A DNA stretch of 64,000 nucleotides from Thiotrichaceae bacterium UBA7357 (lineage in GTDB: Bacteria > Pseudomonadota > Gammaproteobacteria > Eutrophobiales > Eutrophobiaceae): contig DKOR01000023.1 of assembly GCA_002470825.1 (NCBI GenBank), positions 47,651-111,650 on the forward strand. The letters are read 5' to 3'. Positions 39,147-49,771 of the stretch are shown in pieces. Under the pieces are notes generated by a model, which made no database searches, had not been told where the DNA came from, and saw only the letters and a list, made by a program, of their open reading frames with translations. The number at the start of each line of letters is the position of its first letter. Positions within the stretch are counted from its first letter, which is position 1. The position numbers were made by a program, and so were the translations under genes.

Positions 39147-39773
39147 TCATTTAATTTTTTTCAGTTTTTTAAAACGTCTTATATCTAGTTCGTGAGCTAT
39201 TTTAATATCTTCTCGCTCAGCATACCTCTCTTTCATGAAGCTATTGTTATTGCTGAGTTGACGCTTCAAGGATTCAATATTTTTGATCAAGGACTCAGGG
39301 TATGTGTTGCCTGATTTGTTTGCATCAGAAACAGTCTGAATACGTTTATTAAGATCAATTTCAATTTTTTCGTTGCGTGTTTTAGTCAACTCTATAACTG
39401 AGTCTAAAGCAGAAATTCGCTCATCTAGTGCTTTTTCGATTTCGTTTATACTAGTAAATCTTGCTAAAAGCATTTCATCTTGCATTCGCTCTTTAGCAAT
39501 AATCTCTTTTTGCTTGGCCTGATTTTTTTCTAGGAGCTCTGCCTCCTTGAGTTCTTTATTAGATTTAGCACCCTTATTTTTTTTTCTTATGAGGCCGCCT
39601 TTGCCAAGTTCCGAATGTTCTTTTTGTGCATATTCTGGAGGAATTCGATTTCCACATTCTCTCACTCCGTCATTATTCACCCAGCATTTCACTCTGGCTT
39701 GTGTTGTTCCCGTGAAAATCAGTCCACTCAGTGCAAATATAATAAAAAAACCACGAAATAATATTTTTCTCAT
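39147..39773 (-). CDS. secreted DUF4124-domain coiled-coil protein
   Basis: Starting at MRKILFRGFFIIFALSGLIFTGTTQA gives a signal peptide. This is followed by the DUF4124-like RVKCWVNNDGVRECGNRIPPEY and a long K/E-rich coiled coil. The track start at 39857 would overlap pyrE. Confidence 0.55.
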   Translation of the reverse strand: MRKILFRGFFIIFALSGLIFTGTTQARVKCWVNNDGVRECGNRIPPEYAQKEHSELGKGGLIRKKNKGAKSNKELKEAELLEKNQAKQKEIIAKERMQDEMLLARFTSINEIEKALDERISALDSVIELTKTRNEKIEIDLNKRIQTVSDANKSGNTYPESLIKNIESLKRQLSNNNSFMKERYAEREDIKIAHELDIRRFKKLKKIK

Positions 39774-39837
39774 AAACTTTTCCGGATGTTTGATATTGTT
39801 GAATATTTGATAAGTGTAGTCTTCCAGATAGCCCATG

Positions 39838-40488
39838 TCATTTTTGTTTTGAACCATATTTCTGTTTATAGCTTTTTATGGCATCAAGATGTTTAGACAT
39901 TTCACTATGGTTTATCAAATATACAATTATGTCGTCTAGGTTAACAATACTTATGACTTGAATGTTGTGTAGTTGTTCCATTTCCTCAATGGCAGATAGC
40001 GAACCTTTACCATACTCTTGCCGATCAACGGCAACTACCGCGGCCGTGGTTATACCACCTTTAGTATTAATTAGTTCTTTGGATTCCCGAAGAGAAGTTC
40101 CTGCAGAGATGACATCATCGACGATTAATACTCGGCCGTTAATATCTGCTCCAAATGTGATACCTCCTTCACCATGATCCTTAGGTTCTTTTCTATTAAA
40201 ACAAAAAGGGTAGTTATCTTGATATTGCTCCTGAAAGGCAATAGCCATAGCTGATACTAAAGGTATGCCTTTGTAAGCCGGCCCATATATCATGTCGAAT
40301 TTAAGACCTGAATGTCTTACAGCACAGGCATAATATTTCCCCAGCTCTTTTAGACTCTTACCGTCATTAAATAATCCGCTATTAAAAAAATAGGGGCTAA
40401 TACGACCTGACTTTAATTCAAATTTCCCAAAACGCAAGACCTGCATTTCTATAGCAAACTCTAAAAAATCTTCTTGATATTGTTCCAT
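39838..40488 (-). CDS. pyrE: orotate phosphoribosyltransferase
   Basis: PRPP-binding motif VLIVDDVISAGTS, plus FELKSGRISPYFFN. Confidence 0.92.
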   Translation of the reverse strand: MEQYQEDFLEFAIEMQVLRFGKFELKSGRISPYFFNSGLFNDGKSLKELGKYYACAVRHSGLKFDMIYGPAYKGIPLVSAMAIAFQEQYQDNYPFCFNRKEPKDHGEGGITFGADINGRVLIVDDVISAGTSLRESKELINTKGGITTAAVVAVDRQEYGKGSLSAIEEMEQLHNIQVISIVNLDDIIVYLINHSEMSKHLDAIKSYKQKYGSKQK

Positions 40489-40599
40489 TAAATGATCTTT
40501 GCCTATGAATTTATTTATGAAGATTCTATTTTTTAACTGATACTAGAAAACATCTTCATGTGCTCGTATGATACATCGCAAAATAAATAGAGGATAGTA

Positions 40600-41373
40600 G
40601 TGAAAATAATAAGTATTAATACTAATGGCATTCGTGCCGCACATAGGAAAGGTTTTTTTGACTGGATGCAAAAACAGGAAGCAGATGTTGTTTGTATTCA
40701 AGAAACCAAAGCGCAGACGAACCAATTAGTTGATGAGATATTATCTCCTAATGGTTATTACGCGGAGTTTAATGATGCTAAAAAAAAAGGCTATAGCGGA
40801 ACCGCCATATACAGCAAAAAAAAACCAGATAATACTATTAACAAATTGGGTTGGTCTATTCCCGATACAGAAGGTCGATTTTTGCAATTTGATTTTGGAA
40901 AGCTCAGTGTTGTTTCTCTATACTTGCCTTCTGGCTCATCAAAAATAGAACGCCAATTAATTAAATTTGATTTTCTTCAACGCCTCACTTCAATCTTACA
41001 AAATATACGACAACAAAAGCGCGATTATATAATTTGCGGCGACTGGAATATTGCACATAAAGAGATTGATCTTAAAAATTGGAAAGCAAATATGAAAAAT
41101 TCTGGTTTTTTGCCAGAAGAGCGTGCATGGATGGATGATTTGTTTGGTTCATTAGGCTTGGTCGATTCTTTTCGAGTAGTAAATCAAAATCCTGAACAAT
41201 ATACTTGGTGGTCAAATCGTGGGCAGGCTTGGGCGAACAATGTTGGGTGGCGGATAGACTATCAGGTGGTTACTCCCAAACTGAAAAATAAGATCAAATC
41301 AGCATCGATTTATAAGGATGAGCGATTTTCAGATCATGCTCCATTGATAGTAGATTACGATATTGAATTTTAA
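40600..41373 (+). CDS. xthA: exodeoxyribonuclease III
   Basis: EEP nuclease motifs: NTNGIRA, CIQETK, GDWNIAH and SDHAPL. GTG start. Confidence 0.9.
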   Translation: MKIISINTNGIRAAHRKGFFDWMQKQEADVVCIQETKAQTNQLVDEILSPNGYYAEFNDAKKKGYSGTAIYSKKKPDNTINKLGWSIPDTEGRFLQFDFGKLSVVSLYLPSGSSKIERQLIKFDFLQRLTSILQNIRQQKRDYIICGDWNIAHKEIDLKNWKANMKNSGFLPEERAWMDDLFGSLGLVDSFRVVNQNPEQYTWWSNRGQAWANNVGWRIDYQVVTPKLKNKIKSASIYKDERFSDHAPLIVDYDIEF

Positions 41374-41664
41374 ATTTTTGTTTATAATACAAGTAAACAA
41401 AACTTAGAGTGATTATACAATATTGTATACATCTGCCACTATTCTATTTTATGTTTTCAAGGTATGAACTACGCTCAGTATTTCGAAGTTTGGGCCATAG
41501 AAAGAAACCAGAATAGTTTTCAAACGTAAATATGACCATTGAAAGCTTAAAAATTGAACTCACTATCTTAAGGTCCAGTATTTAAGGTTGTTAAGCGGAA
41601 CCCAAACATTTAGTTTTGGTATATTAATACTTCGTTTTTAATGAGTGTTTACGTACGTTAGTAA

Positions 41665-41861
41665 AATGAAGGGGGTATCAACCATAATGTCGTTTCAGCC
41701 GTTGAACTTGAACCAGAGGTTCAAGTGGGTGTTCTCGGTAGCATATCAGGATTTCCAAGTAAATGGATCTCACAACAACGCTGCTTTCAGACTCCCTATT
41801 TTATATCTTATCGGCTCAAGTTACCACGAGAATGATAACGAGCACCACAGAAGATACCCAT
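41665..41861 (-). ncRNA. ssrS: 6S RNA
   Basis: Starts about 10 nt after the zapA stop, which is the E. coli arrangement. The reverse strand reads AUGGGUAUCUUCUGUGGUG...UGAGCCGAUA...CACUUGAACCUCUGGUUCAAGU...CAUUAUGGUUGAUACCC. The closing stem is GGGUAUC/GAUACCC plus CUGUGGUG/CAUUAUGG. The UGAGCCGAUA and CUUGAACC-N-GGUUCAAG blocks match E. coli 6S. Ends are approximate. Confidence 0.78.
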
Positions 41862-41870
41862 GTTTGACTT

Positions 41871-42227
41871 TTATCCGCCCTGAGTGATTGATTTGGGAAC
41901 TAGATTGTTGATATTCACAACATCAAGTTCTGAATCTTTAGTTAAGGCATCATCAATTTTAATTTGTAAACGTTTCAAGGTATTGTCAACTCTAAAAGTG
42001 TAGTCTTGATTTAGTTTTTTGTATGCCAACAACTCATTGGTTATGTTTAATGCTGTCATAACGGATATTCGTTCTGAGCCAATTACACCGCCGCTTTTCA
42101 TTTCGGCCATCTGCTGATTTAGATAGTTGACAGATTGTCGAAGAGACTCTTTTTCTGCTTCGTCACAGCTAATCAGGTATTCTTTATCCAGAATAGTGAC
42201 CTTCATTGGTGTTGCGTCTTTGTTCAT
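41871..42227 (-). CDS. zapA: cell division protein ZapA
   Basis: VTILDKEYLISCDEAEKESLRQSVNYLNQQM...SVMTALNITNELL matches the ZapA pattern. Synteny with ssrS supports the call. Confidence 0.85.
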   Translation of the reverse strand: MNKDATPMKVTILDKEYLISCDEAEKESLRQSVNYLNQQMAEMKSGGVIGSERISVMTALNITNELLAYKKLNQDYTFRVDNTLKRLQIKIDDALTKDSELDVVNINNLVPKSITQGG

Positions 42228-42457
42228 GAGCGAGTTTCCATAGCGCGTAAACGAGTTATCATAGATTCAATTCGAGTTCTGGCCTGTTCGGTTTTTTCTA
42301 TTAAAGCGGCACGCTCATTTACCAAACTATCTTGTTGGTCACGTAGTGCAGAGTTTTCTGACTTCAAGAGGCTTACTGTACCAATTAATTCATCAACTCG
42401 TGTTTCTAGTATTCCGAGATCTATATTCTCAATGTCACTGTCGCTCATGATAATCAC
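42224..42457 (-). CDS. small coiled-coil protein (TIGR02449-like / ZapB-like)
   Basis: 77 aa with heptad-rich sequence (LETRVDELIGTVSLLKSENSALRDQQDSLVNERAALIEKTEQARTRIESMITRLR). Overlaps the zapA start by 4 nt. Confidence 0.55.
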   Translation of the reverse strand: MIIMSDSDIENIDLGILETRVDELIGTVSLLKSENSALRDQQDSLVNERAALIEKTEQARTRIESMITRLRAMETRS

Positions 42458-42632
42458 CTCATGTCCATTTCTGGATGAACTTATCTTGTTGTTAATTTAT
42501 CATACTAACATCAATATAGAATGCCTGAATTGTCGGGTCAACAGGTGATGATAAATAGAAGATGCTGAGTATTGCTTCCTGTTATTATTGTTGGGTTAGA
42601 ATTAATCAAATATTTAAGAGATTTTCAAGGAA

Positions 42633-43196
42633 ATGATGATAAAAGTGAATTATGATGAAATAAACACTGAATTAAGGGCATTGCATTCAGGAATTTTTGC
42701 CTCCGAATGTCATGGCTTCATATGCGGCTATTTTTGTGCTAGTGATTCAGTCACATCAACGGCTTGGCGTGATTATTTTTTGGCTGGTATTGATGACGAT
42801 ACTGAATTAGAAACGTGTTCTGCCATTTTGTCTCAACTAGCTGATCAGGTTTGTGAAGAAATACTATCAGATGAGATAACTTTCGAGCTCTTTCTTCCAG
42901 ATGATGAGTCGTCAATTATTGAACGTTCTAAAGCGTTAGCAGAATGGAGCGCTGGGTTTGTCAGTGGACTAGGAATAGGCGGAGCAGGTGATAAACCAAA
43001 ATTAAAAGACGAATGTGATGAGTTTATTAAAGATATGGTCTCTATCTCACGTATTGAAACGTCACTTGAAGAAGATGAGGATGCTGAGGGAGCATTATTT
43101 GAGATAGTCGAATATATTAGAATTGGAGTCATTATGTTGCATCAAGAATGGAATCATCCCGGCCAAGATGTTGAAAAACCAGAAGTGCTGCATTAA
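42633..43196 (+). CDS. UPF0149 family protein (YgfB-like)
   Basis: ECHGFICGYFC, ALAEWSAGFVSGLG and the acidic stretch EEDEDAEGALFEIVEYIRIGV parallel E. coli YgfB. Sits upstream of pepP as in E. coli. Confidence 0.75.
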   Translation: MMIKVNYDEINTELRALHSGIFASECHGFICGYFCASDSVTSTAWRDYFLAGIDDDTELETCSAILSQLADQVCEEILSDEITFELFLPDDESSIIERSKALAEWSAGFVSGLGIGGAGDKPKLKDECDEFIKDMVSISRIETSLEEDEDAEGALFEIVEYIRIGVIMLHQEWNHPGQDVEKPEVLH

Positions 43197-44509
43197 TGAA
43201 TAAAAAAGAGCACTCGCGTCGAAGGAAACAATTGATGGACATGATAGGGTCGGACAGTATTGCAATTATCCCCACAGGTTCTATATGTATTCGCAACCGT
43301 GATATTGAATTTCCCTTTCGTCCAGATAGTGATTTCTATTATTTAACAGCATATCCAGAACCTGAAGCAGTAGCTGTTTTAATTCCAGATCGTACTGATG
43401 GTGAATTTATTTTATTTTGTCGTGAAAGTGACGAAAAGATGGAGACCTGGCATGGAAGACGTTCTGGTCTGCAAGGAGCTTTGGAAATCTATGGCGCTGA
43501 TGATGCATTTCCAATTGAAGATATAGATGATATTTTACCTGGTTTGATCGAAGGGCATGAACGAATTTTTTATAATATGGGTAGTGATCAAAGTTTTGAC
43601 CAGCGAGTTATGGCATGGGTTAAACAAATAAGGGAACAGTCGAGAGCTGGTCTTGTTGCTCCAGATGAATTTATTTCTCTAAATCATTTTTTGCATGATA
43701 TGCGTCTTTATAAAAGTAAACTAGAGATAAAACTAATGCGCCAGGCCGCCAAAATATCATCGAAGGCACATGATCGTGCGATGCAGAACTGCAAACCAGG
43801 CATGTATGAATACCAGATTGAAGCTGAATTGATGTATGAATTTATTCGAAATGGTGCGCGTGCAGCGGCTTATCCTTCTATTGTCGGATCGGGGGCTAAT
43901 AGTTGTATTTTGCACTACACTGAAAATCAGGATGAAATTAATGACGGAGACTTGTTGTTGATTGATGCTGGCGCTGAGTATCAAGGTTACGCGAGTGATG
44001 TTACTCGAACGTTTCCGGCTAGTGGACGGTTTTCAAAGTCACAGCGTCAGGCTTATGATTTGGTTTTAGCAGCACAACTCGCCGCAATAGAAGAAGTGAA
44101 ACCGGGTAATCATTGGAATGATCCGCATGATGCGGCGGTTAAAGTGTTGACCGAAGGTATGGTTGCGTTAGGTATCTTGAAGGGTGATCCTAAAAAACTT
44201 ATCAAGGATAAAAGCTACATAAAATATTACATGCATCGAACTGGACATTGGATTGGTATGGATGTTCATGATGTGGGTGATTATAAAATCGATGGTGAGT
44301 GGCGTATGTTGGAGCCGGGGATGGTAATGACTGTTGAGCCTGGTCTTTACATGCCTGCGGGTTCGCCAAGTCTTTCCAAAAAGTGGTGGAATATTGGTAT
44401 TAGAATTGAAGATGATGTCTTGGTTACAAAAGATGGCTATGAAGTATTGAGTAGAGATGCAGTAAAGCAAGCTGACGAAATAGAGAAAATAATGACAAAT
44501 GTTGCGTGA
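43196..44509 (+). CDS. pepP: Xaa-Pro aminopeptidase
   Basis: M24B motifs: LIDAGAEYQGYASDVTRTF, HRTGHWIGMDVHD, EPGLY and IRIEDD. Confidence 0.9.
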   Translation: MNKKEHSRRRKQLMDMIGSDSIAIIPTGSICIRNRDIEFPFRPDSDFYYLTAYPEPEAVAVLIPDRTDGEFILFCRESDEKMETWHGRRSGLQGALEIYGADDAFPIEDIDDILPGLIEGHERIFYNMGSDQSFDQRVMAWVKQIREQSRAGLVAPDEFISLNHFLHDMRLYKSKLEIKLMRQAAKISSKAHDRAMQNCKPGMYEYQIEAELMYEFIRNGARAAAYPSIVGSGANSCILHYTENQDEINDGDLLLIDAGAEYQGYASDVTRTFPASGRFSKSQRQAYDLVLAAQLAAIEEVKPGNHWNDPHDAAVKVLTEGMVALGILKGDPKKLIKDKSYIKYYMHRTGHWIGMDVHDVGDYKIDGEWRMLEPGMVMTVEPGLYMPAGSPSLSKKWWNIGIRIEDDVLVTKDGYEVLSRDAVKQADEIEKIMTNVA

Positions 44510-45719
44510 CTATGATGTGACTATCGTTGGTGCAGGAATGGTAGGGGCCAGCTTGGCTTGTGCTTTGGCACCATCGGGTTTACGCATTGCTATTATAGAA
44601 GCAGTTCCTTTAAAGGATGACTATCAACCAAGCTATGATGATAGAGGGCTTACCTTGTCCCCTTCGTCGAAACGTATACTGGAACATATTGATGTATGGG
44701 GAGATATTTCGTCGGCCATAAGTCCGATTAAAAAAATACATGTCTCCGAACAAGGCCGATTTGGTTTTACCCATTTGGACGCTTCTGAAACGAATATAAA
44801 AGATTTAGGCTATGTTGTTATTGCTCGTATTTTAGGAGAGGCTTTACATGAAAAAATGTTGTCGCTTAAAAACATATCGCTCATTTGCCCCGCAGAACTA
44901 AAATCTTTTAAGCGAAAAGACAAAATGATGACGCTTGAAATATCTAATCTAGGCTGTAGTGAATCAATTACCACAGGGTTATTAGTCGCTGCAGATGGTA
45001 GTCAATCATTGGTAAGACGCTTAGCGGATATTAGAATAGACAAATATGATTTTGGACAAACGGCAATTGTCGCCAATGTGACTACTCAAAAGCCAAATCA
45101 AGCAACGGCTTATGAACGTTTTACTCATCATGGTCCGGTAGCACTATTACCTATAGATGAGTATCGTTCAGTACTGATCCTTACAGTAGCTACTAAAAAC
45201 AGAAATCGATATATGTCGATGGCTGATGCGCAATTTATTGATGGTGTTGAAACGGAGTTTGGACGTCGTCTTGGTAAGCTTGAAAAAGTTGGACAACGAC
45301 GCTGTTATCCAATAATGTTTATTGAAGCAGTTAAACAGTATCAGCAGCAACTGATCCTGTTAGGTAATGCGGCACATACCATACACCCTAATTCTGCACA
45401 GGGATTTAACCTTGGACTGCGTGATGTGGCAGGTCTAACAGAATGTATTTTTGAGGCGATTGAAAAAAGATTAAATATTGACGATATCAGTATATTAGAG
45501 AAATACGTTAGCTTAAGACTCTCTGATCAAAAACGCGTTATAAAATTTACCAACCGATTAGCGAGTATTTTTTATAATAAAAATCCATTACTTATTCCAG
45601 CAAGATGCTTAGCTATGTTGCTGCTTGATACTCTGCCAATTGTTAAGAAAACATTCATACAACAAACAATGGGTATTTCGGGTTTACAACCTCGAATTGT
45701 AAGAGGGCAACATATATGA
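44499..45719 (+). CDS. ubiH: 2-octaprenyl-6-methoxyphenol hydroxylase (FAD-dependent)
   Basis: FAD motif VTIVGAGMVGASLA, plus GNAAHTIHPNSAQGFNLGLRD. The pepP-ubiH-ubiI synteny supports the call. Confidence 0.8.
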   Translation: MLRDYDVTIVGAGMVGASLACALAPSGLRIAIIEAVPLKDDYQPSYDDRGLTLSPSSKRILEHIDVWGDISSAISPIKKIHVSEQGRFGFTHLDASETNIKDLGYVVIARILGEALHEKMLSLKNISLICPAELKSFKRKDKMMTLEISNLGCSESITTGLLVAADGSQSLVRRLADIRIDKYDFGQTAIVANVTTQKPNQATAYERFTHHGPVALLPIDEYRSVLILTVATKNRNRYMSMADAQFIDGVETEFGRRLGKLEKVGQRRCYPIMFIEAVKQYQQQLILLGNAAHTIHPNSAQGFNLGLRDVAGLTECIFEAIEKRLNIDDISILEKYVSLRLSDQKRVIKFTNRLASIFYNKNPLLIPARCLAMLLLDTLPIVKKTFIQQTMGISGLQPRIVRGQHI

Positions 45720-46945
45720 CGACTGCTGACGACAAGATTGATGCTGACGTAGTCGTTGTAGGTGGTGGTGTTATTGGTAGTTCTTTTGCCTGCCTATTAG
45801 GTCAGGCGGGGCTAAAAGTTATTTTGCTCGATGCTTCTATGAGACAAGTGAAGTCACTTAAAAAAATCGATACGCGTGTCTTCGCTATTACGATGGCTTC
45901 CGAGCAGATACTTAAAAAAACTGGCTCATGGAAACGGTTACAAAAAAAAGATATCGGCCGTTTTCGGAAGATGCATGTTTGGGACGAAAATGGTTTAGGT
46001 GAAATTAATTTTGATAGCGCCTCAATTTGTCAATCAACGATGGGCTACATTATTCCACATCAAGTTATTGTTGATGCTTTGCAAGAAGAGCTGCTTGAAT
46101 TAGGTAGCGTTCGTTGTCTATGGTCTGTCTCTCCTGCTTATTTAAAAGAAGAGGCGGATACTATTATACTCGGCACGGAAGATGGCTTACGGTTTAGGAC
46201 GAGACTTGTTGTTGCCGCAGATGGTCATAATTCAAAATTGAGAAACTTGGCTAATATTCATTATCAAAAATATGATTACATGCGATCTGCATTAGGCTGT
46301 ACTGTATTTACAAAATTAGAGCATAGAGAAATCGCACGTCAAAGATTTTTAAATAATGGCCCCCTGGCATTCTTACCGATGGCTGATTCTCATCAGTCCG
46401 CGGTCGTTTGGTCTAGCAGCCCGGAACACATTCAGCATCTTAAAGGGCTTAATAAATCAGAATTCCATCTTGAATTGGCTGAAGCTTTCGCCCATAAGTT
46501 AGGGGATATTAAGGAAAGCACTGAAAAAGTTGTTTTTCCCTTGAGTCGTGCGCAAGCAGATAGTTACATTAAATCAAGAGTCGCATTAATTGGCGATAGT
46601 GCTCATATGATTCATCCTCTGGCGGGCATAGGTGCTAATCTGGGTCTGTTAGATGCGGCTAGCTTGGCAGAGACTATCATCGGCCCCTACCAGCGTGGTA
46701 GAGACCCAGGGCGTTTGCAGGTATTACGTCGTTATGAACGCAGACGCAAGGGTACAAATAGAAATATGATTTATTTAATCGATAGTCTTAAACACCTCTT
46801 TGAAAGTCAGCATCAACCTGTACGATGTGTTCGCAATTTTGGTTTGGACGCGGTCGATAGCCTTCCCTTTGTTAAGAACGTCATATTGAAACGAGCAATG
46901 GGATTGGTTGGAGATTTGCCGGAAGCTGCTCGAGGAAAATTCTAA
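45716..46945 (+). CDS. ubiI: UbiH/UbiF/VisC-family ubiquinone biosynthesis hydroxylase (UbiI by position)
   Basis: VVVVGGGVIGSSFA and GDSAHMIHPLAGIGANLGLLD. Overlaps ubiH by 4 nt. The paralogue assignment rests on synteny only. Confidence 0.7.
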   Translation: MTTADDKIDADVVVVGGGVIGSSFACLLGQAGLKVILLDASMRQVKSLKKIDTRVFAITMASEQILKKTGSWKRLQKKDIGRFRKMHVWDENGLGEINFDSASICQSTMGYIIPHQVIVDALQEELLELGSVRCLWSVSPAYLKEEADTIILGTEDGLRFRTRLVVAADGHNSKLRNLANIHYQKYDYMRSALGCTVFTKLEHREIARQRFLNNGPLAFLPMADSHQSAVVWSSSPEHIQHLKGLNKSEFHLELAEAFAHKLGDIKESTEKVVFPLSRAQADSYIKSRVALIGDSAHMIHPLAGIGANLGLLDAASLAETIIGPYQRGRDPGRLQVLRRYERRRKGTNRNMIYLIDSLKHLFESQHQPVRCVRNFGLDAVDSLPFVKNVILKRAMGLVGDLPEAARGKF

Positions 46946-47007
46946 AAATGTTTTTTGTATGGGCCCTCAATATATTAACAATAATATCTATAGCGACAGG
47001 ATAGTTT

Positions 47008-48693
47008 ATGTCTGGAAATTCTAATTCAGAGCCAAGTAATTTTATTCGTAACATCATTAATAATGATTTAAAAGATCATAAAAATGATAGTTATATACAT
47101 ACACGTTTCCCACCGGAACCTAATGGTTATCTACATATCGGTCATGCGAAATCGATCTGCTTGAACTTTGGTATCGCTAAAGACTATCAGGGCGGTATTT
47201 GTAACTTAAGGTTTGATGATACTAATCCTGCAAAAGAAGATGTTGAATATACAGACTCGATTAAAAATGATGTTAAGTGGCTCGGTTTTGACTGGGCAGA
47301 CCGGCTCTTTTATGCCTCTGATTATTATGAAAAATTATTTGAGTTTGCAAAACAATTAATTAGTGATGAAAAGGCCTATGTTTGTCACTTAAGTGCGAAT
47401 GATATAAGAGAGTACCGAGGGACTTTAACTGAACCAGGTAAGCCGAGTCCTTATCGTGAAAGAAGCGTTGAAGAGAATCTCGATTTATTTAATCGAATGC
47501 ATGCTGGTGAGTTTGATGAAGGTGAATGTCTGTTGCGAGCAAAAATTGATATGGTTTCACCTAATATGAATATGCGTGATCCAGCAATCTATAGAATAAA
47601 AAAAGTTGCGCACCATCGAACAGGGAATCATTGGTGCATCTACCCGATGTATGATTACACACATTGCGTCTCAGATGCATTGGAAGGCATCACGCATTCT
47701 TTATGCACATTGGAGTTTGAAGACCATCGTCCTCTGTATGATTGGTTTCTTGAACAATTACCAGTGCCGTGTCACCCACAACAGATTGAGTTTGCTCGTT
47801 TGAATTTAAATTATACGGTTACCAGTAAGCGAAAATTAAATGAACTGGTGACGGATGGATATGTGTCTGGCTGGGATGATCCACGCATGCCTACCATTGT
47901 TGGGATGCGTCGCCGTGGTTATACACCGGAATCAATCCGTGACTTTTGTGGTCGTATCGGTGTTACCAAAACAGACACCATAATCGATGTCGGTGTATTA
48001 GAGAATTGTGTGCGTGAAGATCTTGATAAACGAACTCGACGTGTGCTTGGTGTTTTAGATCCACTCAAGGTTGTGATTGACAATTATCCTGAAGATAAAA
48101 CGGAGTCTCTGGACGCACCTTATCATCCAAATAATCCAGATATGGGCCAGCGTCAACTACCCTTTTCAAAAGTTCTTTATATAGAGCAACGCGATTTTAT
48201 GGAAGATCCGCCTAAAAAATTCTTTCGCTTAGGACCAGGCCGTGAAGTAAGGTTGCGCTATGCCTACTACATTACCTGTAATGAAGTCATTAAAGATGAT
48301 GTAGGAAGAATTGTTGAGTTACATTGCACCTATGATCCAGAGACTAAAGGTGGTAATTCGCCTGATGGTCGTAAGGTTAAGGGGACTATTCACTGGGTAT
48401 CGGTTGAGCATGCCTTACAGACTGAAGTGCGTTTATATGATCGTCTATTCAACGATCCTAAGCCGGATAGCAATAAACATCAACAAGACTGGAAAGGATT
48501 TCTTAATATTGATTCTATAAAACTTATAAAAGAAGCCTATCTTGAACCATCATTAGCAGGCGCAGAAAAAGAAGATGCTTTTCAATTTGAACGAACGGGT
48601 TATTTTTGTGTTGATAATAAGGACCAAGTGAATGGTAAACCAGTATTTAATAGAACTGTTACCTTGCGCGATTCCTGGGCAAAAAAAAAATAA
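47008..48693 (+). CDS. glnS: glutamine--tRNA ligase
   Basis: [18 protein letters not shown] (HIGH) and [10 protein letters not shown] (KMSKS-type). 561 aa, a typical GlnRS length. Confidence 0.95.
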   Translation: MSGNSNSEPSNFIRNIINNDLKDHKNDSYIHTRFPPEPNGYLHIGHAKSICLNFGIAKDYQGGICNLRFDDTNPAKEDVEYTDSIKNDVKWLGFDWADRLFYASDYYEKLFEFAKQLISDEKAYVCHLSANDIREYRGTLTEPGKPSPYRERSVEENLDLFNRMHAGEFDEGECLLRAKIDMVSPNMNMRDPAIYRIKKVAHHRTGNHWCIYPMYDYTHCVSDALEGITHSLCTLEFEDHRPLYDWFLEQLPVPCHPQQIEFARLNLNYTVTSKRKLNELVTDGYVSGWDDPRMPTIVGMRRRGYTPESIRDFCGRIGVTKTDTIIDVGVLENCVREDLDKRTRRVLGVLDPLKVVIDNYPEDKTESLDAPYHPNNPDMGQRQLPFSKVLYIEQRDFMEDPPKKFFRLGPGREVRLRYAYYITCNEVIKDDVGRIVELHCTYDPETKGGNSPDGRKVKGTIHWVSVEHALQTEVRLYDRLFNDPKPDSNKHQQDWKGFLNIDSIKLIKEAYLEPSLAGAEKEDAFQFERTGYFCVDNKDQVNGKPVFNRTVTLRDSWAKKK

Positions 48694-48857
48694 CGTAAGA
48701 ATTATTTTCTAATAAATTCTCCATCGTGGGACTTATGCTAGTATCATAAATAAGTAGAAGTTCTTCGTGAATAATATGTTAGCCTGATATATCAAGCAAT
48801 AGCCGAAATACAAGTAGTATGGGAGAATAAGTCTCCATTTAAAGAATCAATCAATAT

Positions 48858-49751
48858 ATGAAGTTCAATTCAGACGCACTTTATCGCTCTCATATTAAAA
48901 GTTTGTCACTTATTAGCAATGGTAAGGTTAGGGATATTTATAATATCGATGATGAGCATATTTTAATTGTTACCAGTGATCGACTTTCAGCTTTTGATGT
49001 GATTTTGCCGGATCCTATACCAGGTAAAGGAAGTATTTTAACCGAGGTATCAAACTTTTGGTTTGATCGTTGTAAACATATCATCCCTAACCATCTTACA
49101 GGTATCACTATAAATGATGTCATAAAAGAACATGAAGAATTCGAAATATTAAAGTCGCGATCAATTGTCGTGCGAAAACTAAAGGCCTTACCCATAGAAG
49201 CAGTCATTCGTGGTTACTTAATTGGTTCTGGCTGGGAGGACTATCAGGCTGCCGGTGAAGTTTGTGGAATAAGTCTGCAATCAGGGTTGCAACAAGCACA
49301 GAAATTACCAGAGCCAATCTTTACGCCAGCGACGAAAGCCGGTATTGGTGAGCATGATGAAAATATTGATTTTGAGAAGACGGTAGAATTGATAGGCCGT
49401 GATCTGGCGGAGCAAGTAAGGTATGTTAGTTTAAAAATTTATTCTGAAGCTGCCGAGTATGCGCGAAAAAGAAATATTATCATTGCTGATACCAAGTTTG
49501 AGTTTGGAGTCGACGAGAATAATCAGCTTATTTTAATAGATGAAGTACTAACGCCAGATTCATCTCGTTTTTGGCCAATGGAATCATATAAGGTTGGGAC
49601 CAGCCCACCGAGTTTTGATAAACAATATATACGTGATTATTTAGAAACATTGGACTGGGATAAAACCGCGCCTGGACCAAGTTTATCTGAGGAAGTCATA
49701 AGAAATACCGCTGCAAAATATGAAGAAGCGCGTGACAAACTCATTCCATAA
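48858..49751 (+). CDS. purC: phosphoribosylaminoimidazole-succinocarboxamide synthase (long form)
   Basis: GKVRDIY, SDRLSAFD and IIADTKFEFG motifs. Confidence 0.92.
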   Translation: MKFNSDALYRSHIKSLSLISNGKVRDIYNIDDEHILIVTSDRLSAFDVILPDPIPGKGSILTEVSNFWFDRCKHIIPNHLTGITINDVIKEHEEFEILKSRSIVVRKLKALPIEAVIRGYLIGSGWEDYQAAGEVCGISLQSGLQQAQKLPEPIFTPATKAGIGEHDENIDFEKTVELIGRDLAEQVRYVSLKIYSEAAEYARKRNIIIADTKFEFGVDENNQLILIDEVLTPDSSRFWPMESYKVGTSPPSFDKQYIRDYLETLDWDKTAPGPSLSEEVIRNTAAKYEEARDKLIP

Positions 49752-49771
49752 TACACATAGAGGTTCCTGAG

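Noticed and set aside
41645-41887. 80-aa plus-strand ORF
   Set aside because: It lies exactly antisense to the 6S RNA, has no RBS, and its composition is explained by the RNA gene.
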